This document shows positions 41,290 through 51,542 of a stretch of 64,000 nt of DNA, piece by piece; position 1 is the first letter of the stretch; each line of letters opens with the position of its first letter. The position numbers and the translations under genes are program-made. The DNA is from a bacterium (lineage in GTDB: Bacteria; Krumholzibacteriota; Krumholzibacteriia; LZORAL124-64-63), in NCBI GenBank assembly GCA_020440705.1, contig JAGRNP010000003.1, positions 10,076 through 74,075 of the forward strand. The letters run 5' to 3'. The notes under the pieces are model-generated. The model saw only the letters and a list, made by a program, of their open reading frames with translations, did no database searches and was not told the DNA's origin.

Positions 41290-43742
41290 AAATCAGTCTG
41301 GACTGGCTGCGCGAGTACGTGGCCTGGGACGACACGCCCGCCGAGCTCGCGCGCAAGCTGACGGCCGCCGGCCTGAACGTCGAAGGCATCGAGGAATTCC
41401 GCCAGAGCTTTCCGGACGTGGTGATCGCCCATGTGACGCACCGGGAGCAGCATCCGGACGCGGACCGGCTGAGCCTGTGCCGCGTCGACGACGGCAGCGG
41501 CGCCGAGGTGCAGGTGGTGTGCGGCGCACCGAACGTGCGCGCGGGGCTGACGGTGCTCTTCGCGCGGGTGGGCGCGGTGCTGCCGGGCGACTTCCGCATC
41601 AAGAAGTCGAAGATCCGCGGTGTCGAGAGCCACGGCATGATCTGCTCGGCGACCGAGCTGGAGCTGGGCGCGGACAGCGCGGGGATCATGGAACTGGACA
41701 CCGACCTGCCGCCGGGCACGAGCGCCGACGTCCTGTACGGTTTCCACGACACCGTGCTCGACATCGAGGTGACGCCGAATCGTCCGGACTGGCTGAGCCA
41801 CGTGGGGGTCGCCCGCGAGGTGGCCGCCATCTACGGCACCAAGATGAGCCTGCCCCAGCGGTGGAATCCGCAGCAGAGCGGCGAGAGCCTGGGCATGAAG
41901 GTGAAGATCGAGGACTACGCCGCGTGCCGGCGGTTCACGGCCTTCGGGGTGCAGGGCGCCGAGCTGAAGCCGTCGCCCAAGTGGATGCAGGATCGTCTGC
42001 GCGCCATCGGGAGCCGTCCCATCAACAACATGGTCGACATCACGAACTACGTGATGTTCGAGGTCGGGCAGCCCATGCACGCCTACGATCGGGCCAAGCT
42101 GTCGGGCGGCACGATCACCATCCGGCGGGCGGCGGAGAAGTCGAAGGTCGTGACCCTCGACGACGTCGAGCGCGAGGTGGAGCCCGGCACCCTGCTGATC
42201 TGCGACGAGAGCGGACCCGTGGGGCTGGCCGGGGTGATGGGGCTGGCCAACAGCGAGGTCGGCGCGGACACGACGGAGATCCTGCTGGAGAGCGGCTTCT
42301 TCGACCCCATGCTCGTGCGCAAGGCGAGCCGCGGCATGGGCCTGATCAGCGAGGCCTCGTACCGCTTCGAGCGCGGCGCGGACTGGGACATGGTCGAGTG
42401 GGCGGCGCATCGGGCGCTGCATCTGTTCCACGAACTCGCCGGTGGCCGGGTGGTGCCCGACTGGGCCGACCGGGGCGATCCGGAGCACAAGCCGGCCGAG
42501 GCGATCCCGCTGCGCGTGGGCCAGGTGAACCGCCTGCTGGGGACGGAGATCACGGCCGACCAGGCGGCCCAGTACCTGCAGGCGCTGGGCCTGAAGGTGC
42601 AGCCCATGGGGAACTCGGGCTCGGTCACGGGCAATGCGGTGAACATGATGGTCGAGATCCCGTCCTACCGGCGCGACCTGGCCCAGGAGGTCGACCTCAT
42701 CGAGGAGATCGCCCGCAGCCACGGCCTGGACAACCTGCCGTCGGGGGGGCAGTTCCGGGGCAGCGCGGGCGGGGTGCGCCGCAGCGACGAGCGGGCGCTG
42801 AACCGCGCCCGCACCTGGTTCGCGGCCTGCGGCTACGCCGAGATGGTGACCTCGAGTTTCATGGACGAGAAGGACCACGACCGCATGGGGCTGCCGGCGG
42901 ACGATCCCCGGCGGCGGACGGTCTCGGTCATCAATCCCCACCACGGCGGGGACACGAGCCTGCGGACGGTGATGCTGCCGTCCCTGCTGGAGGTGGCCTG
43001 CCGCAACCTGAACGCCGGCGCACCGGCTCCGGTGCGGCTGTTCCAGATCAACCGGACCTTTCTCGCGGGCGGGGCGGGCCGCCCGGACGCCCGCCATCCC
43101 GACGAATCGCTGCTGCCGGAAGAGCCTCTGTTCCTTCAGTTTGGCGTCGCGGGTTCGCGTGAGACCGGAATGGGCGGCGTGCCGGCCGACCTGCTCGAAC
43201 TGAAGGGCACCCTGGAGGCCCTGGCCACCTTCCTGCGTCTGCCCCTGCGTCTGGAGCCGGGCGGCGACGAGGTGGGGTTGCAGCCGGGCGCCCAGTGGCG
43301 CGTGCGGGACGGCGCGGATCGCGTGGTGGGAGCGGCCGGCCGGGTCGATCCCGAAGTGGCCGAGCGCTTCGACATCGACGCCCCGGTGGCGGTGGCGGAG
43401 ATCCGCCTGACGGGACTCGATCTCGAGCCCGCGGCCATGCGTTTCGAACCCTTCACCCGCTTCCCGGCCGTCAAGCGGGATCTGTCGCTGCTGGTCCCCG
43501 CCGGGGTCAGCTTCGGGCAGGTCGCGGCAGCCGTGACGGCGGCCGGCGGGCCGCTGCTCGAAACGGTCGATCTGTTCGATATCTACCGTGGCCAGGGTGT
43601 TCCGGAAGGCTTTGGCGCCTATGGAATTCGCTTGAAGTTCCGTTCGGCTAAGGGTAGTTTGAAGGGGAAGGCCGTCGACAAGGCCATCGAGGGCATTCTG
43701 GGCGGTCTGAAGGGTGATCTGGGCATCGAGGCCCGGGTCTGA
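41286..43742 (+). CDS. pheT: Phenylalanyl-tRNA synthetase beta subunit
   Basis: GTG overlapping pheS stop; 818 aa; tRNA-binding N-terminus, B3/4, B5, FDX-ACB C-terminal domain. Confidence 0.9.
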   Translation: MKISLDWLREYVAWDDTPAELARKLTAAGLNVEGIEEFRQSFPDVVIAHVTHREQHPDADRLSLCRVDDGSGAEVQVVCGAPNVRAGLTVLFARVGAVLPGDFRIKKSKIRGVESHGMICSATELELGADSAGIMELDTDLPPGTSADVLYGFHDTVLDIEVTPNRPDWLSHVGVAREVAAIYGTKMSLPQRWNPQQSGESLGMKVKIEDYAACRRFTAFGVQGAELKPSPKWMQDRLRAIGSRPINNMVDITNYVMFEVGQPMHAYDRAKLSGGTITIRRAAEKSKVVTLDDVEREVEPGTLLICDESGPVGLAGVMGLANSEVGADTTEILLESGFFDPMLVRKASRGMGLISEASYRFERGADWDMVEWAAHRALHLFHELAGGRVVPDWADRGDPEHKPAEAIPLRVGQVNRLLGTEITADQAAQYLQALGLKVQPMGNSGSVTGNAVNMMVEIPSYRRDLAQEVDLIEEIARSHGLDNLPSGGQFRGSAGGVRRSDERALNRARTWFAACGYAEMVTSSFMDEKDHDRMGLPADDPRRRTVSVINPHHGGDTSLRTVMLPSLLEVACRNLNAGAPAPVRLFQINRTFLAGGAGRPDARHPDESLLPEEPLFLQFGVAGSRETGMGGVPADLLELKGTLEALATFLRLPLRLEPGGDEVGLQPGAQWRVRDGADRVVGAAGRVDPEVAERFDIDAPVAVAEIRLTGLDLEPAAMRFEPFTRFPAVKRDLSLLVPAGVSFGQVAAAVTAAGGPLLETVDLFDIYRGQGVPEGFGAYGIRLKFRSAKGSLKGKAVDKAIEGILGGLKGDLGIEARV

Positions 43743-43798
43743 CGTCCGGTGCCGGACCATCTGTCAAAACACGTGATCACGGAAGAGAGCGGACCAGA

Positions 43799-44089
43799 AT
43801 GGACAGCAATCTCAGCGCCTTGGAGGCGAAGGTTCTCGAAGCCGTCGAACTGATCAAGGAACTGCGGGGCGAGAATCAGCGACTGGCGAACCGGAACGGC
43901 GAGCTGGAAGCGCGCTGCGAGGAGTTGGAAGGCCGCGTGGGCGGTCTCGAGGACGACAACACGCGTCTGACCGAGGAAATCGCCGAGGCGCGCCAGATGG
44001 CGGACTCGGCCGGCGATTTCGAGGAGAAGAGGAAGGAAATCGAGGACAAGGTCGGCGGGCTTCTTTCGAAGCTCGAGGCCCTGGGCTAG
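43799..44089 (+). CDS. ZapB-like coiled-coil cell-division protein
   Basis: 96 aa, almost entirely heptad coiled-coil, directly upstream of zapA. Confidence 0.5.
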   Translation: MDSNLSALEAKVLEAVELIKELRGENQRLANRNGELEARCEELEGRVGGLEDDNTRLTEEIAEARQMADSAGDFEEKRKEIEDKVGGLLSKLEALG

Positions 44090-44192
44090 GCTCCCGGAGA
44101 CGGTCGTCCGGAGACGGGCGCACCGGGAGAGAGGCCGGTCCTCGACCGGATGCGGAGAGCGGATCAACCGGCTCGAAAGCGGAAAGCGGTCC

Positions 44193-44555
44193 ATGCGGGA
44201 AAATGATAGCGTCACCGTGACCATCTTCGGCCAGGAGTACTCCCTGCGGGGGGACGCCGATGCCGAGTATGTCCGCGAGGTGGCCCGGTTCGTCGATGAA
44301 CGCATGCAGGATGTCGCGCGCAACTCCTCGATGGCGTCCACGGCCAAGGTGGCCATCCTGGCGGCCGTCAACATCGCGGACGAGCTGTTCCGCGAGCAGA
44401 AGCGGCGCCACGACAGCCAGGCCTCCCTGGAGGACCGGTCCGTCGAACTGACCCGCCTGCTCGCCGGCGAACTGGCCGGAGGCGACGGCGCCGCCCGTGA
44501 GGCGGCGGCCGGCGGTCCCGATAGAGACGGTAAGGATTCCCTGCCCGGCACGTGA
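44193..44555 (+). CDS. zapA: Cell division protein ZapA
   Basis: 120 aa; VTVTIFGQEYSLRGDADAEYVREVARFVDERM... typical ZapA N-terminal beta region then coiled coil. Confidence 0.7.
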   Translation: MRENDSVTVTIFGQEYSLRGDADAEYVREVARFVDERMQDVARNSSMASTAKVAILAAVNIADELFREQKRRHDSQASLEDRSVELTRLLAGELAGGDGAAREAAAGGPDRDGKDSLPGT

Positions 44556-44774
44556 TGTGTCGTACAAGTGAGCCAACACTTCCTAAGCGGGATTCCGGAG
44601 TTTCCGACCGAGCCCCATGCCCTTTCGGGGGACGGGTCGAGGGAGGAACAGGAAACCCACCTGGAGCAACTCGGTTCAGTTGCTCCGACTCACACGACCG
44701 GGCGGGGTCCTTTCCCTCACGCTTCCACATCCCCTTCCACAGCAGAGATTGTCCGTGAATCGGGAGGAGCGGCC

Positions 44775-46334
44775 ATGCCGCAGGTTCCGTTGATTGTTGC
44801 CGTCCTGGCGGCCGTGGTCGCCGCCGGCGCCGGCGTGTGGGGGGCCCACGGCTGGGCGGCGCGGCGGCGCGGGCAGGCCGTGACTGCGGGTGAGGAGATC
44901 CTCGCCCGGGCCGGCGAGAAGGCCGCCGAGGTCGCCAAGCGGGCCGAACTCGACGCGAAGGAGCAGAAGCTCCGCGCCCATCAGGAGTTCGAAACCGAGA
45001 CCCGGGACACCCGGCGCGAGAACCAGCGACGCCAGGACGCCCTCGACCAGCGCGAGGAGAACCTCAACCGGAAGGTCGCCTTCATCGACGAGAAGGAGGC
45101 GCGTCTGGACCGCCAGGACGGCGAGGTGCGGCAGCTGCAGGAGCAGCTGCGCGGCGAGCGCGACGACCTGCAGCGGACCCTGGCCGAGCAGAAGGCCCGC
45201 CTCGAGCAGATCGCGGGCATGAGCGCCGACAACGCCCGGCAGCATCTCATGGAATCCATGGTCAATGACGCGCGCCACGCCGCGGCGCGGAGCGTGCAGC
45301 AGGTGCGCGAGGAGACCGAGCGCACGTCCCGCCGCGAGTCCATGAAGATCCTCAGCCTCGCCATCCAGCGCTACGCGGCCGAGCACGTGGCCGAGGGCAC
45401 GGTGTCGGTGGTCGACCTGCCCGGCGACGACATGAAGGGACGCATCATCGGCCGCGAGGGTCGCAACATCCGCGCCTTCGAACTCGCCACGGGCGTCGAC
45501 GTGATCATCGACGACACGCCCGGTGCCGTGATCGTGTCCGGCTTCGACCCGGTGCGGCGCGAGGTGGCGCGCCAGGCGCTGGAGGCGCTGATCCGGGACG
45601 GGCGGATCCATCCGGGCCGCATCGAGGAGGTCGTGGCGCGGACCGGGGAGGAGATGCGCGAGCGGATCCGCGAACTCGGTGAGCAGGCCTGTCTGGAACT
45701 GGGGCTCCAGAACGTGAATCCGGACCTGCACCCCTACATCGGGCGGCTGAACTACCGCACGAGCTACGGCCAGAACCTGCTCAAGCACGCCATGGAGGTG
45801 GCTTCGGTGTCGGCGGTCATCGCCGCCGAACTGGGGCTCGATCCGAAGCTCGCCAAGCGCTGCGGGTTTCTGCACGACATCGGCAAGGCGGCCGACCACG
45901 AGGTGGAAGGACCGCACGCGGTGATCGGGGCGCGGCTGTGCAAGAAGTTCGGCGAGTCGGAGGTGGTGGTCAACGCGGTGGGCGGGCACCACCAGGACGT
46001 GGAGCCCACCTCTCCCTACACGTTCATCACCTCGGCGGCCGACGCGATCTCGGCCTCGCGACCGGGGGCCCGACGCGAGAGCGTCGATTCGTACGTCGAA
46101 CGGCTGGAGAACCTCGAGCAGATCGCCGAGGCGTTCGAGGGGGTGGAGAAGAGCTTCGCGATCCAGGCCGGCCGCGAGGTGCGGGTGATGGTCGACCACG
46201 ACCGGGTGACCGATGCCGAGGCTGCGGTGCTCGCCGAGGAGATCAGCCGGCGCATCGAGGGGGAGCTGGAGTACCCGGGCCAGATCAAGATCATGGTGAT
46301 CCGCGAGACGCGGGCCACCGCTTACGCCAAGTAG
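44775..46334 (+). CDS. rny: Ribonuclease Y
   Basis: N-terminal TM helix, long coiled coil, KH domain (GRIIGREGRNIRAFE), HD domain (HAMEVASV...LHDIGK); 519 aa from MPQVPLIV. Confidence 0.9.
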   Translation: MPQVPLIVAVLAAVVAAGAGVWGAHGWAARRRGQAVTAGEEILARAGEKAAEVAKRAELDAKEQKLRAHQEFETETRDTRRENQRRQDALDQREENLNRKVAFIDEKEARLDRQDGEVRQLQEQLRGERDDLQRTLAEQKARLEQIAGMSADNARQHLMESMVNDARHAAARSVQQVREETERTSRRESMKILSLAIQRYAAEHVAEGTVSVVDLPGDDMKGRIIGREGRNIRAFELATGVDVIIDDTPGAVIVSGFDPVRREVARQALEALIRDGRIHPGRIEEVVARTGEEMRERIRELGEQACLELGLQNVNPDLHPYIGRLNYRTSYGQNLLKHAMEVASVSAVIAAELGLDPKLAKRCGFLHDIGKAADHEVEGPHAVIGARLCKKFGESEVVVNAVGGHHQDVEPTSPYTFITSAADAISASRPGARRESVDSYVERLENLEQIAEAFEGVEKSFAIQAGREVRVMVDHDRVTDAEAAVLAEEISRRIEGELEYPGQIKIMVIRETRATAYAK

Positions 46335-46370
46335 CGCGGCACGACGGGGCGGAGGCGCCCGCGGGAGGAC

Positions 46371-47261
46371 ATGGTGGAGACCCAGCTGCTGAAGGGCATT
46401 CCGGTGCGGGATGCGGTGTTCGCGGAGCTCAAGGAGAAGATGGCGCGCGCGCCGCGACGGCCCGGCCTGGCGGTGGTCCTGGTCGGGGACGATCCGGCCT
46501 CGGCGGTCTACGTGGCCCACAAGGAGAAGGGCTGCGACGAGGTGGGCTTCCACCACGTGACCCATCGCCTGCCCGCGACGACACCCGAGGCCGAGGTGCT
46601 CGACCTGGTCGCCCGCCTGAACGCCGACGTCGCCATCGACGGCATCCTGGTGCAGCTGCCGCTGCCCGGGGGCATGGACCAGGACAAGGTCCTGCTCGCC
46701 GTCTCGCCGGAGAAGGACGTGGACGGTTTCCACCCCGTGAATCTCGGGCGACTCGTGGCGGGCAGCCCGGGCTTCGTGCCCTGCACACCCAAGGGAATCC
46801 TCCGCATGCTCGCCCACTACGACGTGCCCATCGCTGGGCGCAACGTGGCGGTGGTGGGGCGGAGCGTCATCGTGGGCCGGCCGCTGAGCCTGCTGTTGTC
46901 GCTGAAGGGCGCCCAGGGCAACGCCACGGTCACCATGTGCCACTCCGGGACGCGCGACCTGTCCGCGGTGACGCGCGCGGCGGACATCGTCGTCGCGGCC
47001 GTCGGGGTGCCCCGCATGCTCGGGCCCGAGGCCATCGCCCGGGGAGCGGTGGTGGTCGACGTGGGCATCAACCGCATCGACGCGCCGGAACGCAAGACGG
47101 GGACGCGTCTGGTGGGCGACGTGGACTACGACGCCCTGCTGGGCCATGCCGGCGCCATGACGCCCGTGCCCGGCGGCGTCGGACCCATGACCATCGCCAT
47201 GCTGCTCGAGAACACCTGGGAAGCCATGTGCCGCGCCGAGGGCTGGCATGACGCCGACTGA
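46371..47261 (+). CDS. folD: Bifunctional methylenetetrahydrofolate dehydrogenase/cyclohydrolase
   Basis: 296 aa; LAVVLVGDDPASAVYV, GRSVIVGRPL, DVGINR motifs. Confidence 0.9.
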   Translation: MVETQLLKGIPVRDAVFAELKEKMARAPRRPGLAVVLVGDDPASAVYVAHKEKGCDEVGFHHVTHRLPATTPEAEVLDLVARLNADVAIDGILVQLPLPGGMDQDKVLLAVSPEKDVDGFHPVNLGRLVAGSPGFVPCTPKGILRMLAHYDVPIAGRNVAVVGRSVIVGRPLSLLLSLKGAQGNATVTMCHSGTRDLSAVTRAADIVVAAVGVPRMLGPEAIARGAVVVDVGINRIDAPERKTGTRLVGDVDYDALLGHAGAMTPVPGGVGPMTIAMLLENTWEAMCRAEGWHDAD

Positions 47262-48174
47262 GGCCGGTCCGTCGTCGCTCGCCGCCGACCTGCTGACCGA
47301 ACGCCGCGCGATCGAAGCGGCCCTGCGTCGGTCGCTGGCGGCCGAGAGGGGGGTCCCGGCGCGACTGAAGCAGGCCATGGGGCACAGCCTCCTGGCCGGG
47401 GGCAAGCGGCTGCGGCCCGTGCTCATGCTCTGGACGTGGGACGCCGTCACCGCACGGCGGCGGCGGCCGCCGGCCCCGCGCGAAGCCGTGCTCCGGGCGG
47501 CCTGCGGCCTCGAGATGATCCACACCTACTCCCTGATCCACGACGACCTGCCGGCCATGGACGACGACGACCTGCGGCGCGGACGGCCCACCTGCCATGT
47601 GGCGTTCGACGAGGCCACGGCGATCCTCGCCGGCGACGGCCTGCAGGCCCTCGGCTTCAAGCTGCTGGCCGAAGCCGCCGGGCCGGTGGCCGGCGAGCTG
47701 GTCGCCCTCGTGGCCGACGCGGTCGGGCCCGGCGGGATGGTCGGCGGGCAGGCCCACGACCTGGCGGCCGAAGGGACCGACGTGACGGCCGCCGACGTGC
47801 GGCGGATCCACACCGGCAAGACCGCGCGCCTGCTCATGGCGGCGGTGGCGGGCGGCGCCCTGCTCGGCGGCGCGGACCGGCGTCGGCGTGAACGATTGGC
47901 CGCCGCCACGCGGGAACTCGGCCTGGCCTTCCAGGGCGCGGACGACGTGCTGGACGTGACGAGTTCGGACGCCTCCCTGGGCAAGACCGTGGGCAAGGAC
48001 GCGGCCGCCGGCAAGGCGACCTGGGTGCGGGTCGAGGGCCTGGCCAAGGCGGCGGAGCGGGCCCGGCGGCACGGGGAGCGGGGGGAGGCCGGCCTGAGCG
48101 CGGCCCTGCCTGCCGGCGCGCACCGGGCGCGTCTGCTCGCGCTGGCCCACCTGCTCTGGAACCGGGAACGCTGA
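47248..48174 (+). CDS. ispA: Polyprenyl diphosphate synthase (farnesyl/geranylgeranyl diphosphate synthase)
   Basis: First and second aspartate-rich motifs LIHDDLPAMDDDDLRRG and FQGADDVLD. Confidence 0.85.
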   Translation: MTPTEAGPSSLAADLLTERRAIEAALRRSLAAERGVPARLKQAMGHSLLAGGKRLRPVLMLWTWDAVTARRRRPPAPREAVLRAACGLEMIHTYSLIHDDLPAMDDDDLRRGRPTCHVAFDEATAILAGDGLQALGFKLLAEAAGPVAGELVALVADAVGPGGMVGGQAHDLAAEGTDVTAADVRRIHTGKTARLLMAAVAGGALLGGADRRRRERLAAATRELGLAFQGADDVLDVTSSDASLGKTVGKDAAAGKATWVRVEGLAKAAERARRHGERGEAGLSAALPAGAHRARLLALAHLLWNRER

Positions 48175-48626
48175 TGGCTGCGGCCGCCGCATGGCCGGTC
48201 TGGGTGGTGGTGCTCGCCTGCGGCGTGGCGACGCAGACGGCCAAGCTGGTGATCTATTCGGCCACGAACCGGGGGCCGGCCCTCTCGGCGGTGGGCCAGG
48301 CCCATGGCCTGCCCAGCCTGCCGGCGGCGCTCCTGGCCTGCCTCGTGGTGCGAACCGGGGCGGCCACCGGCTGGAACTCGCCGGCGTCGGGGTTCGTTCT
48401 CGTGTTCGCGGTCATCGTCATCCACGACACGGTGAAGCTGCGCACGGCGACCACCCGCCAGCGCGAGGTGCTGCATCGGCTGGTGGCGGCCCTGCCGGAC
48501 GCCGGACCGGTGCACCAGGTCGTGGCCCGGTACCTGGATCCGCGCGCGCACCATCCCGGCCATGTGGTCATCGGGGTCGTTTTCGGGGCCCTGTTTGCTC
48601 TGGCGTTCGGTTTCGGACCGGGTTAA
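48174..48626 (+). CDS. YuiD-like divergent PAP2 (acid phosphatase/vanadium haloperoxidase-related) membrane protein
   Basis: 150 aa, 4 predicted TM segments, HDTVKLR motif resembling B. subtilis YuiD FDATGVRR; ATG overlaps ispA stop. Confidence 0.5.
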   Translation: MAAAAAWPVWVVVLACGVATQTAKLVIYSATNRGPALSAVGQAHGLPSLPAALLACLVVRTGAATGWNSPASGFVLVFAVIVIHDTVKLRTATTRQREVLHRLVAALPDAGPVHQVVARYLDPRAHHPGHVVIGVVFGALFALAFGFGPG

Positions 48627-48684
48627 TCTTTGGTGAATCGTCAGGTACGGGCCCGGCCCGTGGACAAATAGAGGAAGGACGCGC

Positions 48685-50610
48685 ATGGAACCGCTTCTGC
48701 CCGGGATCACCGGCCCGGACGACCTGAAGAAGCTCGGACCCGACGAACTCGAGCGTCTGTGCGCCGAGTTGCGGGACCACATCATCACCTCCGTGTCGCG
48801 TTCCGGGGGGCACCTGGGCGCCAGTCTGGGCGTGGTCGAGCTGACGGTGGCGCTGCATCGCGTCTTCAGCACCCCGCGGGACAAGATCGTCTGGGATGTG
48901 GGACACCAGGCCTACGGGCACAAGCTGCTGACCGGGCGCCTCGAGCGGTTCGGGACCCTGCGGCGCAAGGGCGGCATCGCCGGTTTCCCCAAGCAGTCCG
49001 AATCGGTCCACGACATGTTCGGCGTCGGGCACGCCAGCACCGCCATCAGCGCGGCCCTGGGCTACGCCGTGGCCCGCGACAGCCGGGGCGACGACAACGC
49101 CGTCGTGGCGGTGGTGGGCGACGGGGCCCTGACCGGCGGTCTGGCCTACGAGGGGCTGAACAACGCCGGCCAGCTCGGGTCGAACATGATCGTCGTGCTC
49201 AACGACAACAAGATGAGCATCGCGCCCAACGTCGGCGCCATCTCCAAGTACCTGACCCGCGTCACCAGCGGCAAGCACTACGTGCGCCTCGAGGCCGACG
49301 TGTGGGACCTGCTGGGTGCCCTGCCCCACGGCTCGAAGGCCCAGAAGATGGCCGGCCGCATCAAGGAGAGCCTGAAGCAGCTCGTCGTGCCGACGGTGCT
49401 CTTCGAGGAGCTCGGCTTCAAGTACTTCGGACCCCTCGACGGCCACGATCTGCCCCTGCTCATGAAGACCTTCGAGGCGGTGCGCAAGCTGCAGGGGCCG
49501 ATCCTGGTCCACATCAGCACCGAGAAGGGCAAGGGCTACCATTTCGCCGAGCAGGACGGGCAGCGCTATCACGGCGTGGGCAAGTTCGACAAGTCCGAGG
49601 GCATCAAGGTGGTCAAGCCGGAGGTGCCGGCCTACACGTCGGTCTTCGGCGAGACGCTCTGCGACCTGGCGACGCGGGACGACCGCATCCACGCCATCAC
49701 GGCCGCCATGCCTTCGGGCACGGGTCTGACGGGCATGCGCGACCGCTTCCCCGGCCGCTTCCATGACGTGGGCATCGCCGAGGGACATGCGGTCACGTTC
49801 GCCGGGGGGTTGGCCAGCGACGGCTGCCGGCCGGTGGTGGCCATCTATTCGACCTTCCTGCAGCGCGCCCTCGACCACCTGATCCACGACGTGGCCCTGC
49901 AGAAGCTGCCCGTCGTTTTCGCGGTCGATCGCGGCGGCGTCGTGGGCGAGGACGGTCCGACGCACCACGGCGTGTTCGACTTCACGTATCTGAGGATGGT
50001 GCCGGGCATGTGCGTCATGGCACCGCGCGACGAGGACCAGCTGCGCCACATGCTCGCCACGGCGCTGGCGCGCGAGGACGGTCCGTCGTCGCTGCGCTAC
50101 CCCCGCGGCTCCGGACTCGGGGTGCCCATGGAAGGTCCGGCGACGCCGCTGCCCATCGGGCGCGCGGAGACGCTGCGCGAGGGAAGCGACGTTTGCCTGC
50201 TGGCGGTGGGTTCGCTGGTGCAGCCGGCCCTCGAGGCGGCCGAGAACCTGGCTGCCGAGGGCATCGGCTGCGAGGTCGTGGACATGCGCTTCGTCAAGCC
50301 CCTGGACGAGGACCTGCTCGATTCGGTCTGGGGACGGCACCGCCTCGTGGTCACCCTCGAGGAGAACAGCGTGCTGGGTGGCTTCGGCGCCGCCGTGCTG
50401 GAGTGGGAGGCCCTGAATGGGCGCACGGGCGGTCCGCAGGTGAAGCTGGTCGGTATCCCCGACCGCTTCCAGGAGCATGCCTCGCGCGCCGAACTGCTCG
50501 ACGCCATGGGGCTGGACGCCGCGGGCGTGACCCGCACCGTGCGGGCGTTCCTGGGCGAGTCCGGCGGCGCGGTCCAGGAAGGCGGCTCCGAGGCCCAGAG
50601 CGCCTCCTGA
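48685..50610 (+). CDS. dxs: 1-deoxy-D-xylulose-5-phosphate synthase
   Basis: 641 aa; GGHLGASLG TPP-binding, GDGALTGG, transketolase-like Pyr and C-terminal domains. Confidence 0.95.
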   Translation: MEPLLPGITGPDDLKKLGPDELERLCAELRDHIITSVSRSGGHLGASLGVVELTVALHRVFSTPRDKIVWDVGHQAYGHKLLTGRLERFGTLRRKGGIAGFPKQSESVHDMFGVGHASTAISAALGYAVARDSRGDDNAVVAVVGDGALTGGLAYEGLNNAGQLGSNMIVVLNDNKMSIAPNVGAISKYLTRVTSGKHYVRLEADVWDLLGALPHGSKAQKMAGRIKESLKQLVVPTVLFEELGFKYFGPLDGHDLPLLMKTFEAVRKLQGPILVHISTEKGKGYHFAEQDGQRYHGVGKFDKSEGIKVVKPEVPAYTSVFGETLCDLATRDDRIHAITAAMPSGTGLTGMRDRFPGRFHDVGIAEGHAVTFAGGLASDGCRPVVAIYSTFLQRALDHLIHDVALQKLPVVFAVDRGGVVGEDGPTHHGVFDFTYLRMVPGMCVMAPRDEDQLRHMLATALAREDGPSSLRYPRGSGLGVPMEGPATPLPIGRAETLREGSDVCLLAVGSLVQPALEAAENLAAEGIGCEVVDMRFVKPLDEDLLDSVWGRHRLVVTLEENSVLGGFGAAVLEWEALNGRTGGPQVKLVGIPDRFQEHASRAELLDAMGLDAAGVTRTVRAFLGESGGAVQEGGSEAQSAS

Positions 50611-50645
50611 GCCCAAGGCGGCGGCACCTCCGCGGGAGTACGGCC

Positions 50646-51542
50646 ATGACCCAGAAGTCCATCGGAGCGATCGGGCTCTTCGGGAATCCGACCAAGGACG
50701 ACCTGCCGCCGGCGGCGGCGACCATCAGGCGGCTCTGCGACGCGGCGGGCGTGACGGTCGCGGCGTCGGAAGACCTGCGCGACGCGTTGCCCCGCGACCT
50801 GACCTACCTGCCCAACGAATCCCTCATCGACCATGTGGATGTGGTGATCGCCTTCGGCGGCGACGGCACGATGCTGCGCGCCGCCCGGGTGCTCGGCCTG
50901 TCGGGCGTGCCCCTGTTGGGTGTGAACCTGGGCTCGCTGGGCTACCTGACGGACGTGCCGATCGAGGAGCTCGAGCGGGCCGTCGGCGACCTGCTGGCCG
51001 GCAACTACGTGCTCGACGCGCGCAGCCGCGTGTACTGCAGCGTGCGCCGGGGTGGCGTGAAGATCGCGCACAGCAACGCCCTGAACGACCTCGTGGTGAA
51101 CATGGGGCCCCTGCCGCGCGCCCTGGACATGGAACTGATCATGGACGGGGATTCCCTCGGCCGCTTCCTCGGCGACGGCCTGATCATCAGCACGCCCACC
51201 GGGAGCACGGCCTACAACCTCTCGGCCGGGGGCCCGATCTGCCAGGCGACGGTGCCCTGCCTGCTGGTGGCGCCGATCTGCCCCCACAGCCTGGGCATGC
51301 GGCCGCTGATCGTGGCCGACGACACCGAGATCGAACTCATCCTGCACGAGACGGGCGAGGGGGCGGTGCTGACGGCCGACGGCCAGAAGACCCACACCCT
51401 GGCCGACGGCGATCGGCTCACGTTCCGCGAGGCGCATCAGGAAGTCGTCCTGGTCAAGTTTCCCCACAGCAGCTTCTACCGGGTCATGCGGCACAAGCTG
51501 AACTGGGGCGCGCCGCGCCGCCGCACCGGAGGCCACGGCTGA
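50646..51542 (+). CDS. nadK: NAD kinase
   Basis: GGDGTML, NLGSLGYL, DGLIISTPTGSTAY motifs; 298 aa. Confidence 0.85.
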   Translation: MTQKSIGAIGLFGNPTKDDLPPAAATIRRLCDAAGVTVAASEDLRDALPRDLTYLPNESLIDHVDVVIAFGGDGTMLRAARVLGLSGVPLLGVNLGSLGYLTDVPIEELERAVGDLLAGNYVLDARSRVYCSVRRGGVKIAHSNALNDLVVNMGPLPRALDMELIMDGDSLGRFLGDGLIISTPTGSTAYNLSAGGPICQATVPCLLVAPICPHSLGMRPLIVADDTEIELILHETGEGAVLTADGQKTHTLADGDRLTFREAHQEVVLVKFPHSSFYRVMRHKLNWGAPRRRTGGHG

